Positions 9,166-18,152 of a stretch of DNA of 64,000 bases are shown piece by piece; position 1 is the first letter of the stretch, and each line of letters starts with the position of its first letter. The notes beneath the pieces were generated by a model, which saw only the letters and a program-made list of their open reading frames with translations, did no database searches and had not been told where the DNA came from. This DNA comes from Bacteroidales bacterium (GTDB lineage: Bacteria > Bacteroidota > Bacteroidia > Bacteroidales > JAADJA01): the NCBI GenBank assembly GCA_016783885.1, contig JADHVR010000006.1, positions 6,539 through 70,538 on the forward strand, written 5' to 3'. Made by a program: the position numbers and the translations under genes.

Positions 9166-10239
9166 ATGAAAACTCAACAATATTTTTTTCAACTGATCAT
9201 TATTCTGCTGTTGTTACCTGTTTCTTATGTTTATTCCGCAGATAAAGAACTAAAAGTCGGCTTTCATGTCTCACCGCCATTTATTATACAAAACAATGGT
9301 CAGTACAACGGAGTATGTGTAGATCTTTGGAAAGAAATTGCTGACACCCTGAAAATTGACTATTCATTCAGAAAATATGACCTTCAGGAATTATTGCATG
9401 TAGTAGAAAAGGGCGATATTGATGTTTGTATTTTTCCTCTGACAGTTACTCCGTCCAGAATGAAGAAGTTTAGCTTTACACAGCCCTTTTATATTACAAA
9501 CCTTGCCTTTGCTACTAAAGCTGAACAACGCGACATCCTTATTTTGTTCCTTTCCAATATTTTCTCTTATGGATTTCTGAAAGTCATTATTGTCCTTTTT
9601 TTTGTTATCCTGATATTTGGCTTTATCGTCTGGCTTTCTGAATATAAACACAATCCAAAACAATTTCATAAAGGAATTAAAGGCATAGGTGACGGCATAT
9701 GGTGGTCGGCAGTAACCATGGCTACAGTGGGATATGGGGACAAATCGCCCAAAACACCTTTGGGAAGGATATTTTCCATGATATGGATGTTTACGGCTGT
9801 AATCCTGATATCCAGTTTTACGGCAGGCATATCATCCAGCCTGACAGTAAATAAGCTTAAATCGAAAATAAATAGTATTGATGATCTCAGAGAGATAAGT
9901 GTTGGTTGTGTTACAGCCTCAGGCACCTCTGAATTTCTTGATCATTACAAGATACATTATGCCGGTTTTAATAACGTGGAAGAAGGGTTGATAGCAGTGA
10001 ATGAAGGTTCGATCAAGGCTTTTGTTCACAATGAGGTGATTTTGAATTACTATGTGCATACTTATAAGTTTGATGAGGTGATAAATGTGATCCCAAGTTC
10101 ATACTGTAAGGAATATTTCAGCTTTGCCTCTGCTGACAATGAACTCCTGGATAAGATCGATGAGACGCTGGTAGAGATAATTGTAAACCCCGGGTGGGAA
10201 ACTATTTTGAAGAAATATCATATAAAACACAGGAATTAA
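9166..10239 (+). CDS. GluR0-type ligand-gated potassium channel (periplasmic-binding-protein lobes split by a 2TM K+ pore)
   Basis: 357 aa. Signal peptide, SBP_bac_3-like lobe 1, TM helix FLKVIIVLFFVILIFGFIVWL, pore loop WWSAVTMATVGYGD (TVGYGD selectivity filter), TM helix IFSMIWMFTAVILISSF, then SBP lobe 2. Confidence 0.75.
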   Translation: MKTQQYFFQLIIILLLLPVSYVYSADKELKVGFHVSPPFIIQNNGQYNGVCVDLWKEIADTLKIDYSFRKYDLQELLHVVEKGDIDVCIFPLTVTPSRMKKFSFTQPFYITNLAFATKAEQRDILILFLSNIFSYGFLKVIIVLFFVILIFGFIVWLSEYKHNPKQFHKGIKGIGDGIWWSAVTMATVGYGDKSPKTPLGRIFSMIWMFTAVILISSFTAGISSSLTVNKLKSKINSIDDLREISVGCVTASGTSEFLDHYKIHYAGFNNVEEGLIAVNEGSIKAFVHNEVILNYYVHTYKFDEVINVIPSSYCKEYFSFASADNELLDKIDETLVEIIVNPGWETILKKYHIKHRN

Positions 10240-10265
10240 AATAAAAACCATAAAATTGATTAATC

Positions 10266-10607
10266 ATGGCAACAAAACTTGAAACTTCGTATCCTGTAAA
10301 TTCAAATGATGTTTATTTAACAGTCATTATCGGTGAAGCACAATTGGGTAGCTCCTCCGTAACTTTGGATAGTGAGATTTTATGTACAGGTGAAATAAAA
10401 GACCTTAAAATTGGGAACGGAAATGATATTAAAGGAAAAATGCTTAGGGTCAAATCCATTGTAACAGACATTAACGATAATACTAATCGTACTTCAATAA
10501 TTTACCGGTTCAGGGGTCGTAAGGCTGATACTGAATATCTTCTTGAGGAAACTGTTAGTCAGGATGGAGATTCTGTAATTTATAGGGCATATATAAAATT
10601 CATTTAA
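10266..10607 (+). CDS. Hypothetical protein (113 aa)
   Basis: ORF with ATG start, packed between neighbouring genes. No recognisable motif. Confidence 0.4.
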   Translation: MATKLETSYPVNSNDVYLTVIIGEAQLGSSSVTLDSEILCTGEIKDLKIGNGNDIKGKMLRVKSIVTDINDNTNRTSIIYRFRGRKADTEYLLEETVSQDGDSVIYRAYIKFI

Positions 10608-10619
10608 AATGATAACATT

Positions 10620-11978
10620 ATGTGTAATTTCAAATATTTTGTTACGAGCCTTATCATTATTTTTCTGTGTTTGTTTTATAAAGCGACACTTTCACAGCAA
10701 GCTGATGAAATCAAATTAGAGGAATTACGAACACCAACTGCACCGGGATTTGTCTTATTGGGTGTTGAGCCTACTGCAGTTGACAAACCAACTACTCCAC
10801 GAGACCTTGCCAGTACTTTACTTTCGACCTTTAAAGAAGGAAAGATAGCACCTGACTTTGCAATTGAGTTCTCACCATATTGGCTTTGTTCACATCCCTA
10901 TTTAACTCTTTTAGATGATTACCTGAATAGAAATAATGTTGGAAGAAACATTATTCAGAATTTTTCTATTTCAGCAGCTTCTTCTGAAATGAATATTAAA
11001 AAAGATACCACCATAATTACAGGCACAGGTGTAGGTTTTGGGTTTAGGACACACATATTATCACAAAAAGCACCGGAGGAAACCCGAAATTATTTGAGTA
11101 AATTAAAGCAGATATATGAAGTTCAGTTTATAACTCTCATCCTTTTAAATGTAGAAAACAAACTTGAAGATAACCAAACTGTTATGGATAAAAATATATT
11201 GTTAATATATTTGAAAGATGTGATTGATACTTATTTAAATGATCCATCTAAATTTTCCTCTCTGCCTCTTTTTAAATATTCGGAGAAGGATAAGAAAAAA
11301 CTATTTAACCAGGCTTATGATGAACTAAAAACCAGAATAGAAAAAGAAACGGTGAATTCGCAAACTGATGCTGAAGATCTTATATCTAAGATAATAATCG
11401 AATATCAAAGGAAAAAAATTACCGGCAAAGTACAAGAACTTAAAGATATGAATTTAAATAATAGTGGCTTTTCCCTCGAACTTGCCGGTGGAATGGTAAC
11501 AACCTTTGTCAATGGTCAGACCAACCAGGCTTATATTACAAAATATGGACTTTGGCTTACTCCGTGTTATTCATTACCCCTGCAAAAATCTACTGCCTCC
11601 ATAATAAAAGAATTGAATTTTATCGGGGTAGTTCGTTATTTATGGAACAGCAATTTAGTTGATTCTGCTTCATATACCGATATTGGTTTCCGGCTTATGT
11701 ATGAATCACGAAAAATTAGTGTATCGGCAGAGGGTTTATTGAGAGGTCAAATTCGATCATTAGATGAAGAAGGTACTTTCAGGTTTTCTCATACAAACAG
11801 GTTTAGTTTCAATTTAGAATATCAAATAATGAACAATATCTATATCACCTATAGCATTGGGAAGGATTTTGAAGACAATTCAATAAGTTTTTCAGGTAAG
11901 CAGGAAGGAAATTTCTTTACACTCTTAGGCGTTAACTTTGCTTTGGGACGGAAAGAAAACTTCAAAATTGAAAATTAA
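10620..11978 (+). CDS. Hypothetical secreted/outer-membrane protein (452 aa)
   Basis: Signal-like N-terminus (LIIIFLCLFYKATLSQ). The C-terminal alternating pattern ending in F..LG.NFALG suggests beta-strands. No family recognised. Confidence 0.45.
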   Translation: MCNFKYFVTSLIIIFLCLFYKATLSQQADEIKLEELRTPTAPGFVLLGVEPTAVDKPTTPRDLASTLLSTFKEGKIAPDFAIEFSPYWLCSHPYLTLLDDYLNRNNVGRNIIQNFSISAASSEMNIKKDTTIITGTGVGFGFRTHILSQKAPEETRNYLSKLKQIYEVQFITLILLNVENKLEDNQTVMDKNILLIYLKDVIDTYLNDPSKFSSLPLFKYSEKDKKKLFNQAYDELKTRIEKETVNSQTDAEDLISKIIIEYQRKKITGKVQELKDMNLNNSGFSLELAGGMVTTFVNGQTNQAYITKYGLWLTPCYSLPLQKSTASIIKELNFIGVVRYLWNSNLVDSASYTDIGFRLMYESRKISVSAEGLLRGQIRSLDEEGTFRFSHTNRFSFNLEYQIMNNIYITYSIGKDFEDNSISFSGKQEGNFFTLLGVNFALGRKENFKIEN

Positions 11979-12030
11979 ATTAATCCGATTTATACTCTAT
12001 ACTTAATATCAAATACCAATTTAATATTCT

Positions 12031-12038
12031 TATCTTTG
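12031..12038 (+). promoter_or_regulatory. TAnnTTTG -7 box upstream of TA pair, inside a 40-bp repeat
   Basis: TATCTTTG at 12031-12038. It lies inside ATATCAAATACCAATTTAATATTCTTATCTTTGTAAAAA (12006-12045), which recurs at 12790-12828. Confidence 0.4.
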
Positions 12039-12122
12039 TAAAAACAAAATGTAAAAGTTCTAATTGCAAAGGTATTTTGCGATTAACATGAATAATTATA
12101 ATCAATCATTGCGGAGGTAATC

Positions 12123-12335
12123 ATGACACAACTTCTTGAGAAAGCTTTTAAACAGGCATCGAGTTTGCCTGCAATGGAGCAAAATGCTTTAGCCAGATGG
12201 TTAATCGAAGAAATTGAATCTGAAAAAAAATGGGATATAGCATTTTCCAAATCTGAGGACATTTTAGACAAACTGGCAGATGAAGCTCTATCTGAGCATA
12301 GCCAGGGTAAAACAAACCCTTTGAATATCGGCTAA
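12123..12335 (+). CDS. Type II antitoxin (partner of RelE/ParE-like toxin)
   Basis: 70-aa acidic ORF ending 2 nt before the toxin start. Typical TA size and arrangement. Confidence 0.55.
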   Translation: MTQLLEKAFKQASSLPAMEQNALARWLIEEIESEKKWDIAFSKSEDILDKLADEALSEHSQGKTNPLNIG

Positions 12336-12337
12336 TC

Positions 12338-12610
12338 ATGATTTCACATACAACTGAACGGTTTCGTAAACTACTTGCCGATCTGCCTTTCGAAATCAGA
12401 AGGCAAGCTAATGAAGCATATTCCAAATTTAAGAATGACCCTTATCATCCGGGATTATATTTCAAGCGGGTTCATTCAAAGCGACCTGTTTTTGCTATTC
12501 GGGTTTCAAGAGATTATCGTTCATTGGGTATACTACAGGGAACTGAAATAATCTGGTTCTGGATTGGTTCGCATTCGGATTATGATAAAATATTAAAAGA
12601 GTTAAAATAG
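12338..12610 (+). CDS. RelE/ParE-superfamily type II toxin
   Basis: 90 aa. The pattern ...YFKRVHSKRPVFAIRVSRDYRSLGILQGTEIIWFWIGSHSDYDKIL is typical of ParE/RelE-like toxins. Confidence 0.6.
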   Translation: MISHTTERFRKLLADLPFEIRRQANEAYSKFKNDPYHPGLYFKRVHSKRPVFAIRVSRDYRSLGILQGTEIIWFWIGSHSDYDKILKELK

Positions 12611-12691
12611 TAACCTCAACCATCCAATACCTATAATTTTTATTCACACAAAACCGAATTAAAAAATAATTGTTAACGAAAACCACACTGT

Positions 12692-12765
12692 GCCGGAATC
12701 AACCCCTTTGTTGTTTTGATTGACATGGACAGATAGAATAATTTGAAGGAAGTTGAGGAAATGTA
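12692..12765 (+). repeat. Direct repeat R1 (74 nt), partner at 19588-19661
   Basis: GCCGGAATCAACCCCTTTGTTGTTTTGATTGACATGGACAGATAGAATAATTTGAAGGAAGTTGAGGAAATGTA. The 3' 48 nt are identical to R2. The 5' part differs mostly at every third base. Confidence 0.9.
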
Positions 12766-12814
12766 ATTATTAAAAAATCCAAATACTAAATATCAAATTC
12801 CAATTTAATATTCT

Positions 12815-12822
12815 TATCTTTG
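12815..12822 (+). promoter_or_regulatory. TAnnTTTG -7 box (second copy of the 40-bp promoter-like repeat), upstream of the 13.1-19.5 kb operon
   Basis: TATCTTTG at 12815-12822, within repeat 12790-12828. Confidence 0.35.
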
Positions 12823-13111
12823 TAAAAATAAATTGTAATATTAATTTGTAATCTGAACAAAAACGTCCCGATAGCTATCAGGAGCAGATTCCTTCAATTG
12901 TAGTTTGTTTAAACCCACGCAGTTAAATTATTACAAAATTGCAAAGTTTATGTCCGTTTGTTCAGGCGGGCGTTTTCAGTATAACATATAGTTTCCGTAT
13001 AATATTAAAATAAAGAGTGTTATATGGAAAATTGCCGCTTAATAATACGTTATGTGTAAGCAAGGCAGGCTAAAGATATATATAGCAGAAGAAATTTTAG
13101 AAGGATATAAA

Positions 13112-14191
13112 ATGAGAAAAAAGAAATATACTGTAATTGGAGCTGGAAACGGTGGGTTAGTAACTGCCGGGTATATTTTTTTAAAAGGATACGATGTTTC
13201 TTTATTCAACAGATCTGAAAAACGAATTAAACTCATAAGAGAAAATGGGTACAATTTAAAATTCGGTAATTTAATTAGTAAAATAAAGCCGGATTATGTG
13301 GGTACTAACCTATCAACAGCAGTATTCAACAGTGATGTTATAATTATTGTTATAACTGCAAATGGACATGAATACATTGCAAAAAAGATTGCTCCTTATT
13401 TAAAAGACGGTCAAATAATTTTACTTGTACCTGGCAGAACATGTGGGGTTTTATTGTTCAGCCAAACATTAAAAAAAGTAGGATGCAAGGCAAATGTTAT
13501 TATTGCCGAAGCAAATACTTTGTTTTTTGCGGCAAGACTCACAGAACCTAGTATGATAGAAGTTAAAGGAGTTAAAATAAATGTTTCTGTGTCTGCATTA
13601 CATTCTTGTGATACCGATTATGTAATTAATATTCTTGCTGATGTTTTTCCAAATATAACCAAAGCAGATTCATTTTTAGATACAAGTTTTAGTAATATCG
13701 GTGCTATATTTCATCCCACTATATTTCTATTAAATAAAGAAAGAATCATACGAAAAGAAAAATTTAATTTTTACACCGATGGTCTCACAAAGCAAATTGC
13801 ACATTATATTGAAAAAGTAGATTTTGAATTCAAATCTGTTGCTACGGCTATTGGAGTAAATTCTCTTTCTGTACGCGATTGGTTAAATTCAAGATATGGA
13901 CTTCCTCAATCTACTATTTATGAAATGATAAAATTTAATCCAACATATAAAGATATTTTGGCTCCTACAACAATAAATCACAGATATGTTTGGGATGATA
14001 TTCCAACAGGATTGGTACCTATGTCTTCATTCGGTAAAAATCTGGGGATTCCAACACCAACGATTGATTATTTTATAGAACAAGGCAGTAAATTATTAAA
14101 TATTGATTTTCGTTCAGAGGGCAGAACTTTACACAAATTAGGACTTTCACCTGATAATTTAATTTCTGATTTAATGGAATATTCCCATTAA
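13112..14191 (+). CDS. NAD(P)-dependent opine (octopine/nopaline) dehydrogenase-family oxidoreductase
   Basis: ORF 13052-14191. Likely start MRKKKYTVIGAGNGGLVTAGY (Rossmann GxGxxG) at 13112. Length and C-terminal helical domain are consistent with the opine dehydrogenase / ApbA-like fold. Confidence 0.55.
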   Translation: MRKKKYTVIGAGNGGLVTAGYIFLKGYDVSLFNRSEKRIKLIRENGYNLKFGNLISKIKPDYVGTNLSTAVFNSDVIIIVITANGHEYIAKKIAPYLKDGQIILLVPGRTCGVLLFSQTLKKVGCKANVIIAEANTLFFAARLTEPSMIEVKGVKINVSVSALHSCDTDYVINILADVFPNITKADSFLDTSFSNIGAIFHPTIFLLNKERIIRKEKFNFYTDGLTKQIAHYIEKVDFEFKSVATAIGVNSLSVRDWLNSRYGLPQSTIYEMIKFNPTYKDILAPTTINHRYVWDDIPTGLVPMSSFGKNLGIPTPTIDYFIEQGSKLLNIDFRSEGRTLHKLGLSPDNLISDLMEYSH

Positions 14192-14246
14192 GGAAGAAAA
14201 TAAATTTCAAATTGAGACTAAAATAAGTTCTGCATTTAATAGAATT

Positions 14247-16118
14247 ATGAGTAATACTATAACATTAGCCGATACAATTGGTTTAGCAAAAACAGATTTT
14301 GACGCCCATACTTTAGGTGTGGCTACAATTAAAGAATTTCTTACAGAATGTGGATTTAAAGTTGTTGTTGCAAACCCTGAAGTATCAAAAGCAATTACAA
14401 ATCCACAAAATATTTACAATTCATCATTAATTGGAGAATGGATTATAGAAAATAATATACAAGGTTTTGGCTTTAGTTACCGTCTGAATGTTGATGATGC
14501 AGTACTGATATTCCAAAAACTCATGTACCAGTTGGAATCAAAGAAAATGTTGGTAAAAGACGGTGGAAAACTAAAAAGTATTTGGTTTGCCGGATTACCT
14601 GAAGCTTGTAATAAAATTAAATATTTATATAAAGACGTAATTGTTTTTTATGGTGATGAATCATTTACAGATAGTCTGAAAATGCTTGGCATAGATCCTT
14701 CATACGCACCAAAAGGATTTAAAGACGATAGTACATATAAAAATACCTTAGATGGTTTTGGTAAAGAGGTAATTGATAAAGGAGATTATATATCAACATT
14801 ACCTGTGGATAGAAGTGGATATAAAAATTTCGGAACAGCAAATGATGGATTAATAGATCGCATCAGGTATGGTAGAGAAAACAATTTACCGCCGGTAATA
14901 AGAGCTCACGCAGGACCTTATATTGAAAACAGACACGAATCGGTTAAACAATTTATTGAATGGTCCCGTTTATTGGCTCATAGTGGCTATTTGGATGTAC
15001 TGTCAATAGGAACTTCCCAATTAACTCAATCAAAATTTGGAGAAGACTGGGATAATCTTCCTAATGGTGGAGGTATAGGGGTTAATTCACCAGAGGAATA
15101 TGAACGTATTTATGAAGCTGCAAAACCAATGCTTGTAAGAACTTATTCCGGTACTAAAAATCTTCGCAAACAAGCGGAAATACATGAGAAATCTTTAAAT
15201 ATCGCATGGCATGCCTTATCCCTTTGGTGGTTTTCTAAAATAGACGGACGAGGAGAGTTAAATCTTCTTGAAAATTTAACCGAACATTTTAAGGCAATTA
15301 AATATATTGCAAAAACCGGTAAACCTTATGAGGCGAATGTAGCTCATCATTTTGCATTCCGCTCATCTGACGATATAAGTTATGTGGTATCAGCTTTTCT
15401 TGCTGCAAAAGCGGCAAAAAAACTAGGAATAAAACATTTTATTCTTCAAATAATGTTAAACGACCCTAAGCATACATCTGCAATTAATGATTTAGCTAAA
15501 GCAAGAGCAACATTAAATATGGTAAAAGCACTGGAAGATTCGGATTTTAAAGTATTTTTGCAAACAAGGGTTGGTTTAAGTTATTTATCGCACAATATTG
15601 ATAAAGCAAAAAAACAACTTGCATCCATAACCGCATTAATGGATGATATAGAGCCTTTCAATAATCAAAGTCCCGATATTATTCATGTGGTTAGCTACTC
15701 AGAGGGCAATGATTTGGCAACACCGGAAATAATAGATGAAAGCATTAAAATAACATTGCATTCTCTTAATAAATACCGTGAGTATCGAAAAAAAGGATGG
15801 ATAGATAACATAAACGAAAATCAGGATGTTAACAAAAGGATGCTTCATCTAATAAGTGAAGCTAAAATAGTAATAAACACTATTGAGACTAATATAAAAG
15901 ACACATATACTCCGCAAGGTTTTTATGACATCTTTAAGATGGGTTTTTTACCAGTGTCTCAGTTAATGTATTGTAGAGAGGAATTCCCTGAAGCTATAAA
16001 ATGGAATACGAAATTAAGAAATGGAGGAGTTGATATTTATTTTGACGATAAAATAATATCGGCAAAAGACAGAATGAATTTATTAATAAGGAAAAACTTT
16101 AGAAATGACAAAAACTAA
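14247..16118 (+). CDS. Cobalamin-binding-domain protein fused to a large TIM-barrel-like domain (glutamate-mutase-like; function unknown)
   Basis: The N-terminus has the B12 motif DxHxxG (DAHTLGV), a later S-x-x-L (FSYRL) and GG (KDGGK) about 29 residues further on. The rest (RAHAGPY..., NGGGIGVN) loosely resembles mutase E subunits. Tentative. Confidence 0.45.
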   Translation: MSNTITLADTIGLAKTDFDAHTLGVATIKEFLTECGFKVVVANPEVSKAITNPQNIYNSSLIGEWIIENNIQGFGFSYRLNVDDAVLIFQKLMYQLESKKMLVKDGGKLKSIWFAGLPEACNKIKYLYKDVIVFYGDESFTDSLKMLGIDPSYAPKGFKDDSTYKNTLDGFGKEVIDKGDYISTLPVDRSGYKNFGTANDGLIDRIRYGRENNLPPVIRAHAGPYIENRHESVKQFIEWSRLLAHSGYLDVLSIGTSQLTQSKFGEDWDNLPNGGGIGVNSPEEYERIYEAAKPMLVRTYSGTKNLRKQAEIHEKSLNIAWHALSLWWFSKIDGRGELNLLENLTEHFKAIKYIAKTGKPYEANVAHHFAFRSSDDISYVVSAFLAAKAAKKLGIKHFILQIMLNDPKHTSAINDLAKARATLNMVKALEDSDFKVFLQTRVGLSYLSHNIDKAKKQLASITALMDDIEPFNNQSPDIIHVVSYSEGNDLATPEIIDESIKITLHSLNKYREYRKKGWIDNINENQDVNKRMLHLISEAKIVINTIETNIKDTYTPQGFYDIFKMGFLPVSQLMYCREEFPEAIKWNTKLRNGGVDIYFDDKIISAKDRMNLLIRKNFRNDKN

Positions 16119-17103
16119 AATAGGTTTATTAAATAAAAAAAGAGGAAATTTTAAAATACAGGAAAAATTTGCCGGTGCAGATAATGTAGTTGACGAAACA
16201 CACAAAGAAGTTGCTCATCATAAACAAGCATTAATTGATGCCGGATATGAAGTAAGTATCATTAACTGGGGCGCATCTTTTATTAAGGATTTGAGCGATA
16301 GTAATGTGGATTTAGTATTTAATGTGTCGAGTATGGCAGAAGCTGCTATATTAGAAGAACTTGAAATTCCTTTTGTAGGATCGGATACCGCTGCAATTGC
16401 TGTTGCAACAGATAAATCATTAGCAAAAAAAATATGGGAAAGTGAAGGATTACAGACATCACCTTTTCATGTGGCAAAATCTGTAGAAGATTGTTCAGTA
16501 TTTAAAAATAATCCTCCTTTCGATTATCCATTATTTATTAAGCCGGTTGCAGGCAGAGGAAGTGCCGGAATTGATAATAACTCTATTATTGAAAATTATG
16601 AGCAGCTTGTAAAAGGTGTTGAAGAAAGATTAAATACAATAAAACAAGCTGTTTTAATTGAAAAGTTTTTGCAGGGTACTGAAATTACTTTTGGTGTAAT
16701 AGGCAATGGAAATAATACTGAAGTATTACCACCACTTGAAATTTCTTTTAGCGGTGAGGCACGTTTTTTAACATTTGATAAAAAAGAAATTGATGATGAC
16801 AGCTTTTTTTGTCCGGCAAGATTAAATGATGAAGAGATGAGCAAAATTAAAGAATTTGCAAAAAATGCTTATCGTGCTATTGGCTTTAAAGATTACGGAC
16901 GAATTGATACCATATTAACCAAAGAAGGTCCTTTTCTTTTAGAAGGGAACTCCTTTGCAGGCTTAATGTGTACTCCAAAAGAAAAACCACACAGCTACAT
17001 TGGTTTTATGGCTGTTGCGGATAATATGAGTGCTTCTGACTTAATTGATAAAATTGTAAAATCAGCTTTAAAAAGATATGAAATAATGTTATGCCTACAT
17101 TAG
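16105..17103 (+). CDS. ATP-grasp ligase, D-alanine--D-alanine ligase family
   Basis: 332 aa. Overlaps the upstream gene by 14 nt. Ddl-like layout: LEELEIPFVGS, DKSLAKKIW, PLFIKPVAGRGSAGI, LIEKFLQGTEITFGVIG, GRIDTIL...PFLLEGNSFAGL. Confidence 0.7.
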   Translation: MTKTKIGLLNKKRGNFKIQEKFAGADNVVDETHKEVAHHKQALIDAGYEVSIINWGASFIKDLSDSNVDLVFNVSSMAEAAILEELEIPFVGSDTAAIAVATDKSLAKKIWESEGLQTSPFHVAKSVEDCSVFKNNPPFDYPLFIKPVAGRGSAGIDNNSIIENYEQLVKGVEERLNTIKQAVLIEKFLQGTEITFGVIGNGNNTEVLPPLEISFSGEARFLTFDKKEIDDDSFFCPARLNDEEMSKIKEFAKNAYRAIGFKDYGRIDTILTKEGPFLLEGNSFAGLMCTPKEKPHSYIGFMAVADNMSASDLIDKIVKSALKRYEIMLCLH

Positions 17104-18140
17104 AAATAGATATAAACAAGATAAAGCACAATGCTAAAACTTTAAAAGAATTATTTGCTAAAAAAGGGATATCTGTTACTGCCGTGATAAAGGGAGTAAC
17201 AGGATCTCCTGAAGTTGCAAATGCAATTCTTGAGTGTGGGATCACTACGATAGCAGTTTCTCTGGTTCAGAATATAAAAAAAATGAAAGAATTCGGAGTG
17301 AAAGCAAAATTTTTGCTTACACGACTGCCTAATCTCACCGAAGTTGAAGATATTGTTAAATATGCTGATATAAGTTTAAACTCTGAGATATCAACAATTA
17401 AATTGTTATCTGAACATTCTCTTAAACAAGGTAAAAGACATAAAGTAGTTTTAATGTTAGAACTCGGTGATTTAAGAGAAGGGATATTACCTGAAGATAT
17501 TGACTCGGTTATTGAACAAATTATACCGTTAAAAGGAGTTGAATTACATGGCATTGGCGCAAATCTTGCCTGCTTTGGAGGTGTTAAACCTTCAGAGGAA
17601 AATATGATTGAGTTATCTCAAACAGCAGAACGTATACAAGAAAAATACAACATAAAGCTGCATATGATTTCAGGTGGAAATTCTGCAAATTATGAATGGT
17701 TTCTATCTACTGAAAACACAGGGAAAATTAATAACTTAAGAATTGGCGAAGCTATTTTACTTGGCAGGGAAACTCTACACAGAAACAAAATCCCGAAATT
17801 ATTCACAGATGCATTTACTCTAATATGTGAGGTTATCGAAAGTAAAATAAAACCATCTTTGCCTTATGGTGAAATATGTCAAAATGCATTTGGAGACACA
17901 CCTGAGATTGCAGATATTGGTAATATCAATAGGATTATAATTGGAATCGGGGAACAAGATGTTGATACAAAAGCTATAACTCCCAGAATAAATGCCAAAG
18001 TTATTGGAGCAAGCAGTGATCATTTAATTTTACATTCCAAAAACCATATTGAAGTAGGAAGTGAAATAGAATTTGATATTAACTATTCAGCCTTGCTCCG
18101 GTTATCGACTTCACCTTATGTGAAGAAAGTGTTTATTTAA
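17091..18140 (+). CDS. PLP-dependent alanine/ornithine racemase-family enzyme
   Basis: 349 aa. Overlaps the upstream gene by 13 nt. The N-terminus LEIDINKIKHNAKTLKELFAKKGISVTAVIKGV carries the AVxK PLP-lysine context of the alanine racemase N-terminal TIM barrel. Confidence 0.6.
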   Translation: MPTLEIDINKIKHNAKTLKELFAKKGISVTAVIKGVTGSPEVANAILECGITTIAVSLVQNIKKMKEFGVKAKFLLTRLPNLTEVEDIVKYADISLNSEISTIKLLSEHSLKQGKRHKVVLMLELGDLREGILPEDIDSVIEQIIPLKGVELHGIGANLACFGGVKPSEENMIELSQTAERIQEKYNIKLHMISGGNSANYEWFLSTENTGKINNLRIGEAILLGRETLHRNKIPKLFTDAFTLICEVIESKIKPSLPYGEICQNAFGDTPEIADIGNINRIIIGIGEQDVDTKAITPRINAKVIGASSDHLILHSKNHIEVGSEIEFDINYSALLRLSTSPYVKKVFI

Positions 18141-18152
18141 TTCTTTTAAGCT

